Shown here piece by piece: positions 51,110-60,591 of a stretch of DNA of 64,000 bases (positions are counted from its first letter, which is position 1; every line of letters begins with the position of its first letter). Under the pieces are notes generated by a model. It was given only the letters and a program-made list of their open reading frames with translations. It was not told the DNA's origin and searched no databases. Origin of the DNA: Terriglobia bacterium (GTDB lineage: Bacteria > Acidobacteriota > Terriglobia > JAJPHL01 > JAPKYU01); the NCBI GenBank assembly GCA_965223005.1, contig CBDCVK010000010.1, positions 1,504,001 to 1,568,000 on the forward strand, given 5' to 3'. A program made the translations under genes and the position numbers.

Positions 51110-51931
51110 TCATAAGGAATCTTTTCCTAAAGAGGACAGCTCCTCCAGCGCTACTCGCGGACTCTTGAATGTGTCGGACACAGCAACCTCTGAGAGATCG
51201 GATACGACCAGATTCGCGCCGTTCTCCCTGAGGGCGGCGCCATGGCCGGTTCTGTCGATTCCGATGACCCAACCGAACTTGCCGCGACTTCCAGCTTGCA
51301 CGCCCGCAATCGCGTCCTCAACGACGACAGCTCGCGCGGGGGTCACGCGGAGCTGACGGGCGGCCTGGAGGAAGATGTCCGGAGAGGGCTTACCTTTCAG
51401 ATTTAGACGAGCCGAGTCTGTGCCGTCAACCTTCGTATCGAACAAGCCTGCGATCCTTGCTGCCTCCAGGACCTCAGCGCAGTTCTTGCTGGAAGAGATA
51501 ATTGCAGTCTTGATCCCTTTTGACCTCAGATTGCGAATCAGGTCGACCGTGGAGCTGAAGACTTCTACACCCAACGTTCGCAACTGTTCAAGAAGGAGCC
51601 GATTCTTCTTGTTCCCGAGGCCGCAGATGGTTTCCTGCTCGGGGGTATCCGCTGGGTTCCCGAAGGGGAGCTTGATCCCGCGGGACTGTAGAAAGCTTTC
51701 CACCCCGTCGTAGCGTGGCTTTCCATCCACATAGCATCGGTAATCGGAGTCAGGGTCGAAAGGACGGAACACCCGGCCACTCCCGGCACGTCTTGCCAGG
51801 TATTCATCGAACAGTTTCTGCCAAGCTGCCGCATGGACCCGTGCGGTTTTTGTGACGACGCCATCGAGGTCAAAGATGACCGCGTCGTGGATGTTTTGAG
51901 AAATGGTGAAGGTAGGCGTGTCTTGGTCCAT
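51110..51931 (-). CDS. pgmB: Beta-phosphoglucomutase-family HAD hydrolase
   Basis: FDLDGVV, GKPSPDIF, EDAIAG; ATGA overlap with the GH65 gene. Confidence 0.8.
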   Translation of the reverse strand: MDQDTPTFTISQNIHDAVIFDLDGVVTKTARVHAAAWQKLFDEYLARRAGSGRVFRPFDPDSDYRCYVDGKPRYDGVESFLQSRGIKLPFGNPADTPEQETICGLGNKKNRLLLEQLRTLGVEVFSSTVDLIRNLRSKGIKTAIISSSKNCAEVLEAARIAGLFDTKVDGTDSARLNLKGKPSPDIFLQAARQLRVTPARAVVVEDAIAGVQAGSRGKFGWVIGIDRTGHGAALRENGANLVVSDLSEVAVSDTFKSPRVALEELSSLGKDSL

Positions 51932-52145
51932 ATGGTTATTCCTGGCTTCAAGCATTGCCGCTTTGGAGAAGCAGAGTCACGGGTACCTCCAGGGTCGCCG
52001 CTACTGGCAGGGATTCCAGATATACGCCTCCCTCAATTCCCGACTGGATAAAGTTGCGGTTAATCCGGTCGCTCAAGCACGGATGAGGAGCGAACAGGTT
52101 AGGACAAGTTCCGCTTTTCATGTTGACGAGGCATGATTGCTTGCG

Positions 52146-52236
52146 GCTTGACGACCGCGAGCTGAGCGGTCGGGGGTCACTCCATTCGAAGTCAAAACCC
52201 CGCGCATCTCCGGTCCGCTCCACCGAGGAGTTAGGC
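52146..52236 (-). mobile_element. Integron attC-like site
   Basis: GCCTAAC (RYYYAAC) ... GTGGAGCGG ... CCGCTCAGC ... gtcGTCAAGC (degenerate GTTRRRY); 91 bp, starting 25 bp after the methyltransferase stop. Confidence 0.6.
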
Positions 52237-52261
52237 GTACAGCGATAATCCCAATTGAAGC

Positions 52262-52909
52262 TCACGATCCCCTCGTCGCCACGTAAAGATGTACACTTCC
52301 AAATCCGCCCACTTCCTCATCGATGTAACCAAGTCCTGATTGCTTGAACAGACTCCCCATGTCCCGAATGATGTCTCCTGTACTGGCCCACAGCCGCGTC
52401 AAATTCATTCCCAACCAGTTCTTGTCACTTGGGTAATTGATGTCGATCAGAACCAGCCTGCCACCGTTCTTGAGCACTCGACTGATTTCTGCCATAGCTT
52501 TCTGCCCATCGGGATAGCCGGTGAAAGACATTGTGTTGACCACCGTATCGAAGCTCCCAGACCGATATGGCAGGTATTCGACATCCGCTTGCAGTATCAA
52601 TGCTTGAACGCCCATTTTCTGCAGGTTGTGCTTGGCAGTGCAAGCGAGTTCCCAGTTGTAATCAATGCCGTGGGCTTCATACTTGTCTGCATACTGGGTG
52701 AGCAGATAACCTGTTCCAAATGAAATCTCTAATACTTCTGGGCCGCGAATGTGGGGAAGCGCATGAGAGATCCAGTTTCGCCACACAGGGAACCATTTGA
52801 CTGCCAGGTCATAGATTCTGGCAAAGCGGCTATATACTCGATCGAATTCCTTGGTGAACTGCTCTTTATCGATGGGCTCAGGGGAGTACATGGTTGATCC
52901 TAAAATCAT
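52262..52909 (-). CDS. Class I SAM-dependent methyltransferase (low GC, cassette-like)
   Basis: LEISFGTG, LPYRSGSFDTV, RVLKNGG. Confidence 0.88.
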   Translation of the reverse strand: MILGSTMYSPEPIDKEQFTKEFDRVYSRFARIYDLAVKWFPVWRNWISHALPHIRGPEVLEISFGTGYLLTQYADKYEAHGIDYNWELACTAKHNLQKMGVQALILQADVEYLPYRSGSFDTVVNTMSFTGYPDGQKAMAEISRVLKNGGRLVLIDINYPSDKNWLGMNLTRLWASTGDIIRDMGSLFKQSGLGYIDEEVGGFGSVHLYVATRGS

Positions 52910-52958
52910 CTAATTTGACTCCCTTCTGCCTGGCCTTAAAGCAAGCTTTGTCGTAAAA

Positions 52959-53414
52959 TTAGAGCCGAAACCTCATCTGAACCTCCCCCAGGGATTCCCA
53001 GACGGTATGAAACCCAAACTTGTACAGCACCATGCGTGCAGCCGAGTTGCTGCCGGAAACCAGCACCCAGATGAAGTCCAAGCCTTGGACGCGGGCCTCT
53101 TCGACCGCCGAGTGAGCCAAGGCCGTAGCGATACCCTGTCGGCGGAAATCCCGGTGTACGAACAGAGCCATCTCGGCCGAACGCTTGACCGGCATCAAAG
53201 CCAGGTGACCGACAATTCTCCTTTCCAGGGAGGCCACAAAATTGGAGCCTGTGCGCAAACTGAGAATCCAGCCCTGCCGCTGAATGGGATCGGGTGGCGG
53301 AATTCCCAGCGCATACTCCTCCAGGGTGAGGGTGTCATACATCTGCCCAAGCAACGGTCGGTCTTCCTCACGCAACCGCCGGACTGAAACTTCGCTCGTG
53401 GTCACAGTAGGCAT
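52959..53414 (-). CDS. GNAT acetyltransferase
   Basis: FVHRDFRRQGIA, N..A...YKFGF; RBS GGAGG. Confidence 0.85.
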   Translation of the reverse strand: MPTVTTSEVSVRRLREEDRPLLGQMYDTLTLEEYALGIPPPDPIQRQGWILSLRTGSNFVASLERRIVGHLALMPVKRSAEMALFVHRDFRRQGIATALAHSAVEEARVQGLDFIWVLVSGSNSAARMVLYKFGFHTVWESLGEVQMRFRL

Positions 53415-53442
53415 GGTTCGATCCTCCTAATAGGTTTTCAAT

Positions 53443-53661
53443 TTATACGCTCACCCTATCTTTGAGAAACGTCTCGAGCTGTTCCTGCGCCTGAGTGACG
53501 TGAGTGACGTCAAGAATAGCCCCACCGAAAGGCATCTCCACCACGTGCATCAGAGTCAGTTGGGCCTGAGTGCGGCTAGCCAGCGCTTTCGCATACCTAG
53601 CTGCACCCTTGGAGTGGTCTGAAAAATCAACAGGCAACAAGATTTTCTCCAGTGAAAACAT
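53443..53661 (-). pseudogene. Truncated universal stress protein
   Basis: KILLPVDFSDHS...LMHV, ending after 72 aa. Confidence 0.75.
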
Positions 53662-53744
53662 TTCACCTTCTCCTCTCCGGTCCAACTGCCTGACCTGCAA
53701 GGATGATTCCTTCGCCTCACAGGCCAAGCAGTTCGCGGACCCAA

Positions 53745-54365
53745 TCATTTTCTTCCTGACACTGGCTTGCGCGACCCTGCGGCGTCCCCAACTGGGGTCC
53801 GATCGCGGTCCACAACCAGTTCGGGGTACAGGCGGCGGAACGTTTCGGCGATGTGGCAGTTCCAGCAAACCGGCCGGTGTGTAGTCAGCACCCCGGGAAT
53901 TGTCTCCGGCTGCAGATCCCGCCACTCGACTGTCACGCCCTCAAGGTCCAGCAGCGCGTGTCGTTCCAAGTTGATTTTCCCCAGGGGCTTGCCACAATAG
54001 AGGCAAGTTTTTCCCTGGTACCAGTCGGTAACAATGGTTCGCACCAGATAGTCCCTCGGGGCTGCCTCGATCTGGCTCAGGCACGCCTCACCGCAGTTGC
54101 GGAGTTCTCGTGCCGGAGCCGCCGCCAAAGTTCCGGGCCAATGGGAACAATGCTTCACTCGCAGATCCGGGCCAGAGAAGCTCGTCCAAGCGGCATGACC
54201 GGCCTCCACTTGGACTGCCGCCGGCTTCTTCGTTTCCGGACAAGTGACCACCCGGGTCCCGCGAAACTTCAGCCAGGCACTCCCCGTCGTGCGTAGCACC
54301 AGATAGATGGCACCGACGACTCCAGCGACGGCACAAAAAACGATTACATAAGTCAGCGTATCCAT
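53745..54365 (-). CDS. Cys-rich membrane-anchored hypothetical protein
   Basis: TM, TCPET, CSHWP, CGEAC, CLYC, CWNCH. Confidence 0.75.
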   Translation of the reverse strand: MDTLTYVIVFCAVAGVVGAIYLVLRTTGSAWLKFRGTRVVTCPETKKPAAVQVEAGHAAWTSFSGPDLRVKHCSHWPGTLAAAPARELRNCGEACLSQIEAAPRDYLVRTIVTDWYQGKTCLYCGKPLGKINLERHALLDLEGVTVEWRDLQPETIPGVLTTHRPVCWNCHIAETFRRLYPELVVDRDRTPVGDAAGSRKPVSGRK

Positions 54366-54603
54366 GGAATCAGCCCTCCTTTCCGGTACTCCAGGAATCG
54401 CTCCCAGTACCTGGATGGGCAATCCAAGGACCATCGGCAAGTCCCACTAGATCAGTACGAAACGAGCCCAGGTGTGTGAAAAGCCACAGTATTATGGGTC
54501 GGCAGCCGGGTAGTGGGTCAGTTTCCGGAAAGGGTGCTATCCGGCCAAGTGCGCCCCAACGAACGTGAAGGTTGACAATCGCCTAGCCCTCGAATCGAGA
54601 AGG

Positions 54604-54762
54604 TCAGAAATCCCCGAAGATCGGTATCCGTATACCAGTGAAGAATTCGATCAGCGCCACCAGCCGCGACATGAGGAAGATCAGGATCGAGAAATAGACA
54701 ATATCGCGGGCTGTTCTGAGCCTCTGCAACCACTTTGCTTTGGCTTCTGATGTGATCGCCAT
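54604..54762 (-). CDS. Small (52 aa) membrane protein, below the ORF-track cutoff
   Basis: RBS GAGGTG; MAITSEAKAKWLQRLRTARDIVYFSILIFLMSRLVALIEFFTGIRIPIFGDF*. Confidence 0.5.
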   Translation of the reverse strand: MAITSEAKAKWLQRLRTARDIVYFSILIFLMSRLVALIEFFTGIRIPIFGDF

Positions 54763-54962
54763 TTCCATCACCTCATCAAGCTATATGACCCTACCCATTC
54801 GCTTGCAAGCGTTTAACCAAAGTGTTGTACCTCGACGAACGCTATACTTGCCGCATGGTCTTTGAGTGAATTCCCGCACTAAAGGGTGATTGTCCTCGCC
54901 GCGAGCCAAGCTCCGGGTGGCTGAGTACTGAGCCGCAACCTCCAGAAACCTCAGGGTTCAGG

Positions 54963-55760
54963 TTAAGCAGCTAACCGGAAGGCAAGAATGAGCACGATGG
55001 CGAATACCAGCGAGTGGGCGACTTCACTCCAACCCAGGCGACGGATCGGAAATCTTCGGCCAAGATGAAAAAGAAGCATGTGAGCGCGCAAGGCGCCAGG
55101 TAGAAATGCCAGGATCACTGCCAGGGGTAACAATTCCAGTAGCGCCCAGCAGGCCAAGAACGCCAGGACCATGAGGTGGTAGAGAAGCACCGGCCACGCG
55201 AAAGCAAACCGTTCCCCCAACTCACTAAAATTCCGATGTGCGGCCACACCTCGCACGCGATACTTCACGTAAAGAACTCCGCCGAGGAAAAACAGCAGGT
55301 TCAGCAGCCAGATCTGGACCCCGGTGGCATCCAGGCGGCCCAACGCGGAAATCCATGACGCGGGCGCGGCCAGAGTCAACAGCACAACACCGACCAGTTC
55401 TGCGGCGAGGCTCCGTTTCTCTTTCCACGTCACCTGGGGAGTCCTAAGCAAACACCGCTGAAACAGATACAGCACGACGACCGCGAGCCCGATCCAGACA
55501 AGGGAGTAGCGGCGGTAGAAAACGACTAGGAGCAGTGCCGTGAAAAGTCCGGCAGAACCCAGCAGCAGGTGCGCGGGCTCGAGAAAGCTCTCCCAGCCGC
55601 CGTGCGCTTCCACCGATCCGCGCCACAGGAAGAAGCTCACCGCGCAGATGCCCGCCAGCAGGAGCGGCAGGTTCAATTCCCCGGCCAGCACCGCGGAGCA
55701 GGCAAACGGTACCAGCAGAATTCCCCACGCGCCATGCTCCGCCGGCATTCGCAGCGACAT
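54963..55760 (-). CDS. YwiC-like membrane protein
   Basis: PAEHGAWG motif, multiple TM, LYVK, LGWSE. Confidence 0.85.
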   Translation of the reverse strand: MSLRMPAEHGAWGILLVPFACSAVLAGELNLPLLLAGICAVSFFLWRGSVEAHGGWESFLEPAHLLLGSAGLFTALLLVVFYRRYSLVWIGLAVVVLYLFQRCLLRTPQVTWKEKRSLAAELVGVVLLTLAAPASWISALGRLDATGVQIWLLNLLFFLGGVLYVKYRVRGVAAHRNFSELGERFAFAWPVLLYHLMVLAFLACWALLELLPLAVILAFLPGALRAHMLLFHLGRRFPIRRLGWSEVAHSLVFAIVLILAFRLAA

Positions 55761-55801
55761 CTGCTCAGAGCTCCTTGGTTCCCCCCTTACTGCCTTTGAT
55801 G

Positions 55802-55897
55802 GAAAAAGGGGGCGGTGGGCTTGGGCTTCCCTCCGCCCCTGGTGGGCGGCAAACCTGGGTCCTTGCCGCCCTGGGCTATGAAAGGGGTATCAGCTAT
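55802..55897 (-). ncRNA. Candidate sigma54-dependent small RNA or attenuator leader
   Basis: Two GC hairpins (55871-55844 and 55840-55807) and a U-tract lie directly downstream of a sigma54 promoter; no convincing ORF on this strand. Confidence 0.4.
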
Positions 55898-55907
55898 GTT
55901 GGGTGAT

Positions 55908-55924
55908 AGCAATTTACGCGCCAA
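55908..55924 (-). promoter_or_regulatory. sigma54 (-24/-12) promoter
   Basis: TTGGCGCG-TAAA-TTGCT (GG-N10-GC). Confidence 0.65.
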
Positions 55925-55947
55925 AGCACGACTCTACAAAAATCGGA

Positions 55948-56838
55948 TCAATTTGAGATGTGAACAGCCAGGACGGGACAGGGTCCCAGTTGAATCACCC
56001 GATGGCTAGTGGAACCAAATAGGGCGAGGTCTACCGCGTGGCGACCTCGCACGCCGAGAATGACCAAATCCGTTTGCGCTTCCAGGGAAAGCTGGATGAT
56101 TTCCTGATGGGGCCTACCCAGGCGTACCTTCGCTTGGATAGCGCACCAATTCCGAGGCTCTGACGGGACAAGCTCTTCGAGTCTTTGCATGGCGTCTCCC
56201 GTCGCAGACGCGAGATCCTCTGAAGCAGGAATATCTTCCAACACGTGCAGAAGGGTTAGCTCGGCGTTGTATTCCTGTGCCAGCGAGAGTGCGTAGTCCA
56301 GGCCGCGCTCAGAATGCTCGGAGAAGTCTGTGGCGAAAAGAATCTTGCGCAGGTTGATCAACGCTTGCGTGTTTTCAGGCGCTACAAATTCGTGAACGGG
56401 CTTCCGCACCACCAAAACTGGGCACTTGGCTTTCCGTAACACTTTTTCCGTCACCGATCCTAGCACCAGATGGTCAAGACCTCGACGACCGTGGGTTCCC
56501 ATGACAATCAGGTTTACATCCTGCTGCTCGGCGAACGTGAGAATATCGTCCGTCGCCGGGCCGTCGGTTACCTTGCACTCAATCTGGATTCCATTGTGTG
56601 TATGACTGTCCACAAACTTCTGGAGCTCTAACTCAGCATGGGCGCGGAGGTCACGGTATATGCCGTGCACAACATCCGTGTACGCAAACGAAGGATAGGC
56701 GAAAAACAAGGGCCGGGGCGAATGGACCAGGAGTAGTCTCGCCTTGTACTGCTGTGCAAGTGACTGCGCGTAGTCATAGGCCCGGGCTGAGAATTCCGAG
56801 AAATCCACGGGGCACAGAATGCTGTCGATTTTCAACAT
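55948..56838 (-). CDS. Tandem-domain universal stress protein
   Basis: Two Usp domains (MGTHGRRG...GSV; GVRGR...GST). Confidence 0.92.
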   Translation of the reverse strand: MLKIDSILCPVDFSEFSARAYDYAQSLAQQYKARLLLVHSPRPLFFAYPSFAYTDVVHGIYRDLRAHAELELQKFVDSHTHNGIQIECKVTDGPATDDILTFAEQQDVNLIVMGTHGRRGLDHLVLGSVTEKVLRKAKCPVLVVRKPVHEFVAPENTQALINLRKILFATDFSEHSERGLDYALSLAQEYNAELTLLHVLEDIPASEDLASATGDAMQRLEELVPSEPRNWCAIQAKVRLGRPHQEIIQLSLEAQTDLVILGVRGRHAVDLALFGSTSHRVIQLGPCPVLAVHISN

Positions 56839-57015
56839 TGTTCACGACCTCCTTTCTTGAAACTCGGAGCACGTGCGCCACCAGACTTGCTCGGGCGCTA
56901 TCTGTCCGAAGGCAAAGACGTAGCTGGTTCGGACTTATTGTCGGCCTGCTGCCGTAGCGGCAAGAACCGCATCCCAGAGCGCCATTTCCCCCACGAAAAG
57001 CTGCGAAAAGGCGTG

Positions 57016-57031
57016 CGCTAAAAGAGTGCCT
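57016..57031 (-). promoter_or_regulatory. Possible sigma54 promoter upstream of the usp gene
   Basis: AGGCAC-TCTTTT-AGC (GG-N10-GC), imperfect. Confidence 0.3.
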
Positions 57032-57157
57032 TGCTAACCAATTGGAATTGCAGGCGGATCTCACGAAACCTCATAGAGCTAAGGTTGGTTCGCGAATTGC
57101 TCTACGTCCCTTGGACGCAGGAAAGCGCCGGTGCTCTGAATGGAAGGGAGAAGGAAG

Positions 57158-57544
57158 ATGGAGTTCGATAAGAGGGACATGATTGACAAGCTTAAACTGG
57201 AAATCTCGATGATCTGCGACGGCGGGTACAATCCCACGGTGAGGGAGCCGCGCAAGGAGCCGCGCATTTTTCGTGATTCTATGACTTGCCTGAAGATGCG
57301 GTTAGAAGAGAAGCAGCTACCTTGCCAACACTGCTTCCTGATCCAGTTCGTCCCACCCGAGCACCGTGACAAACCAGAACCGTGTCAATACATTCCGCTC
57401 AACAGGCGAGGCGACACCATGGCTTCACTGCAACCAGAAGGCGATCGGGACAAACTGGAGACTGCGTTGCTGAGCTGGCTCTCCGCGACTATCGCTAGAT
57501 TGCAAAAGGAGGTGGCGCAGGAGCAACCAACCCTCCAGCCATGA
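57158..57544 (+). CDS. Cys-containing conserved hypothetical protein
   Basis: LKLE...DGGY, DSMTC, CQHC, CQYIPLN. Confidence 0.7.
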   Translation: MEFDKRDMIDKLKLEISMICDGGYNPTVREPRKEPRIFRDSMTCLKMRLEEKQLPCQHCFLIQFVPPEHRDKPEPCQYIPLNRRGDTMASLQPEGDRDKLETALLSWLSATIARLQKEVAQEQPTLQP

Positions 57545-57562
57545 CTTCTGTGGTCTTCTGCA

Positions 57563-59032
57563 CTAGCCGCCGCCCTCCGCGCTGGCTTCTTGCTCCGGTT
57601 CAGCATGCAGCAGCCCGAATTTTTTCATCTTATACCTGAGGGCATCGCGGCTGATGTCGAGCAGGCGCGCGGCGTGTGTTTGGTTGTCTCCGGACTGGCG
57701 CAGGGCGAGTTCGACCAGCGCCCGTTCCACCTCCTCCAACGAAGTGCCTGCCGCGGGAATCGACAGAGGAGGCAGTTGGCGTCCGTCCGGGAGCGGTTGC
57801 TCCCCGGCGGCCGGCGAGGCAGCATGCTCGAACGCCGTGACGCCTGCGCGCGCCTGGGCCACCGAAAAGGGCAAGTAGGACGGCCGCAAAATCGACTCTT
57901 CTTCCAGGATCATCGCTCGCTCGATGGCATTTTTCAGCTCCCGGACGTTCCCAGGCCAATCGTAATTAAGAAGCAGCCGCTTTGCCTCGTCCGTGATTCC
58001 GCGCGTGGACTTGCGGAATTTGCGGTTGTAGTGATCGACGAAGAAGTCCACGAGCGGCAAGATGTCCTCCTTCCGCTCACGCAGGGGCGGGATAAGAATG
58101 GAGATGATCGCCAGCCGATAGTAGAGGTCCTGGCGGAAGTGCCTCTCACGAATGGCCCGTTCCAGGTCGCGGTTGGAGGCAGCAATTACGCGAGCGTCCA
58201 CCTGAATGTCCCGCAGCCCGCCAACCCGCCGGATCACCTGGTCCTCCAGCACTCGCAGAAGCTTGGCTTGTAGCAACAGGGACAGCTCTCCGATCTCGTC
58301 CAGGAACAGCGTGCCCCCGTGCGCCATCTCGAACAGACCCTTTTTCATGGCCTTAGCATCGGTGAAGGCGCCCTTCTCGTGGCCGAACAACTCGGCCTCC
58401 AGCAGCGTCTCGGGGATGGCAGAGCAGTTGATGGCCACAAAAGACTTGTCCTGGCGTGCACTCTGATAGTGAATTGCCTTGGCGATCAGGTCTTTGCCGG
58501 TGCCGCTCTCTCCCTGGAGGAGGATCGTGGTCGCCTCGCTGGCGGCAACTTTACGCACAAACTTCATCAGCTCGGTCATTTTGGCCGAGGCGCCCACCAC
58601 ATCGTGGTATCCGGTTCGCCGCCGGACCTCACCGCGAAGCGATTCCACCTCGGTGCGCAACCGCGTGGCCTCCAGAGCATTCTGGATGGTGACACCCAGC
58701 TCGTCGAAGTCCAGCGGCTTGCCAATGAAGTCGTAGGCGCCCAGCTTGATGGCCGCTTTCACATCGTCCAGTTGTGGGTCTGCTGTGATCATGATGACCG
58801 CACGGGGAGCTTCGCCCGATTGCTTGAGCTGATCCAGGACCTCTAGGCCGCTCAGGTCGGGCATCCGCACATCCAACAGCACCAGGTCCGGAGTTTCGCC
58901 GCGAACAATACGCAGCGCCTCCGTCCCATTCTCAGCCTCCAAGACCTGGTAGCCTCACTCCTCGCACTTCCGCCGGAGCGACCAGCGGACCAGCTTTTCA
59001 TCGTCCACGATCAGGACTTTTTCGCCAGCCAT
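57563..59032 (-). pseudogene. sigma54-dependent (NtrC/AtoC-type) response regulator with TGA at codon 26
   Basis: MAGEKVLIVDDE...KCEE*GYQV; REC domain, GESGTGKD, GAFTDA, Fis-type HTH. Confidence 0.88.
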
Positions 59033-59045
59033 CACACCTCCTTTA

Positions 59046-60135
59046 CTATGAAACAGCCGCCCCGCCAGCTTTGCCAAACGGCAGCCACACACTGAATTCG
59101 CTGCCCTGACCTGGTGAACTGCCTACCTCGATCCGACCGCCGTGGGCCTCCACGATGTGTCTGGCCATCGACAGTCCCAGGCCGGTCCCCTGGCCTTTGG
59201 TGGTGAAGAATGGACGAAAGACGCGGTCCAAATCCTCGATCGAGATGCCACGGCCGGTGTCAGACACCCTGAGGACGGCAAAGCTGCCTTCCCGCGCCAA
59301 CGTGAGCCGCACCTCGCCAGCGTCTTCGATTGCCTGGAGGCCGTTTAACAAGAGTTTTAGCAGCACCTGTTGGATTTGTGTCTCGTCGTGCTCAACCGGC
59401 GGCAGCGCGTCTCTGCTAACTAGTTGGATGTCAACGGGCCGCGACAGCACTTGGTGGCGAGCGAGGGCCAGAGCGTGCTCAGCTGTGGCGTGAAGATCGG
59501 CCGCATGAAGATCCGGCGGCCTGGGTCGTGCGGTAGTCGAGCAGGTCGGAAATGATTTTCTTCATGTGAACGATTTCCTGCTGAACTTCTTTTAATACTT
59601 CCCGCCCGGGGCTCGACTTTGGCAGCTCCTGCCCGATGATCTCGATCACTCCGGCGATGCCTGCCAGCGGATTCCGGAGTTCGTGAGCCAGGCCAGTGGC
59701 CAGTTCGCCCAGCGTGGCCAGGTGCTCGGCGCGGGACATCTGGCTGTTGTGAAGCTGCTGAATTTGCTCGCGGGTCTGCCGCAATTCCCGCACCATCTCG
59801 TTGAAGTAGCGCCCGAGATCGCCGATTTCATCCTTCCGGTCTGCAAAGCTCACAGCCACTGTCAGGTCCCCGCCACGAAGTTGGGCAATCTTTTCTTGGA
59901 GCTCCCTCAGGGGGTGTTGAATGAGAACAGCGAGGACTACAAGCATCACCGTGCAGATTGCTACCGCGCCTGCCGCCGCCACCAGAATCACCGTTTGCCG
60001 CTCCGGACCTTCAAAGGAAAGCGTCACCCAGACAAAGACGAGCACGCCGCCTAGTAGCACCCCCGCCACGGGGAGCACGGCTTTCAACTGCCAGTTCGCA
60101 CGCCAGTCGCTCAAAGTCAAGCGCACGTGGTTCAT
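59046..60135 (-). pseudogene. HAMP-HisKA-HATPase sensor kinase with a +1 frameshift near 59532
   Basis: LAHELRNPL; removing one C gives DYARPRPP...HQVLSRPVD, joining it to the HATPase ORF (DTGRG, FFTTK, GTGLGL). Confidence 0.85.
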
Positions 60136-60168
60136 ATTAGCATTTGTATTTACTGGCAGCGGCAGACC

Positions 60169-60182
60169 TTGCCTCAGATCAA
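60169..60182. promoter_or_regulatory. FNR/CRP-like box upstream of the kinase
   Basis: TTGAT-CTGA-GGCAA versus the consensus TTGAT-N4-ATCAA. Confidence 0.35.
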
Positions 60183-60349
60183 CATCTACAAGGTGCGGCA
60201 TTGGCCGCATCTTTGCAGCCAGGTACTGCTCGAGGCGCCGGGGTTGCCTGCTCTTGCGGCCAGTAGCCGGCCGCCTCAGGTACGCAAGATGTCGAAATCA
60301 TCATCAATGGCGTGCCGAGCAGCACCGTCACCACGGCCGTGCAGTAGCC

Positions 60350-60591
60350 CTGCACGCCGCCACCTTCTTTCCGGTGGCGCCCGCTACGAGGTCACTCCCC
60401 TTCTCCAGGTGGAAGCCTACACGGTGGTGGACCTTGCCGGGCCCAGCATCTTTGTGATTCCCATGGCCAGCTACAGCCTGACCCCCAACACCGACATTAC
60501 CGTAGGTGGGCAGATTTTCGCCTCGTCGCTAGGCGCAGAATTCGACCAGGTGCGCAACGTTTTCTATGTGGAGCTGTTGGTCCATTTCTGA
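60350..60591 (+). pseudogene. C-terminal fragment of an outer-membrane beta-barrel protein
   Basis: Amphipathic strands ending YVELLVHF; no matching 5' part. Confidence 0.5.

Larger units (their letters stand above)
48466..51113 (-). pseudogene. GH65 trehalose/maltose/kojibiose phosphorylase-like gene broken by two tandem duplications
   Basis: TLGNGY, YRGHIFWDE, GPDEYH, KQADV, HGSSLS spread over three ORFs. Confidence 0.9.

Noticed and set aside
54565-54750. 61-aa plus-strand ORF
   Set aside because: Antisense to a better-supported small membrane ORF with an RBS.
47085-58957. UGA recoding (Trp or Sec) suggested by two in-frame TGA codons
   Set aside because: Many intact genes here (serS, era, glgP, comF) end at TGA. 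Both cases are explained by single transitions in a region full of other lesions, and neither is a Cys-equivalent position.
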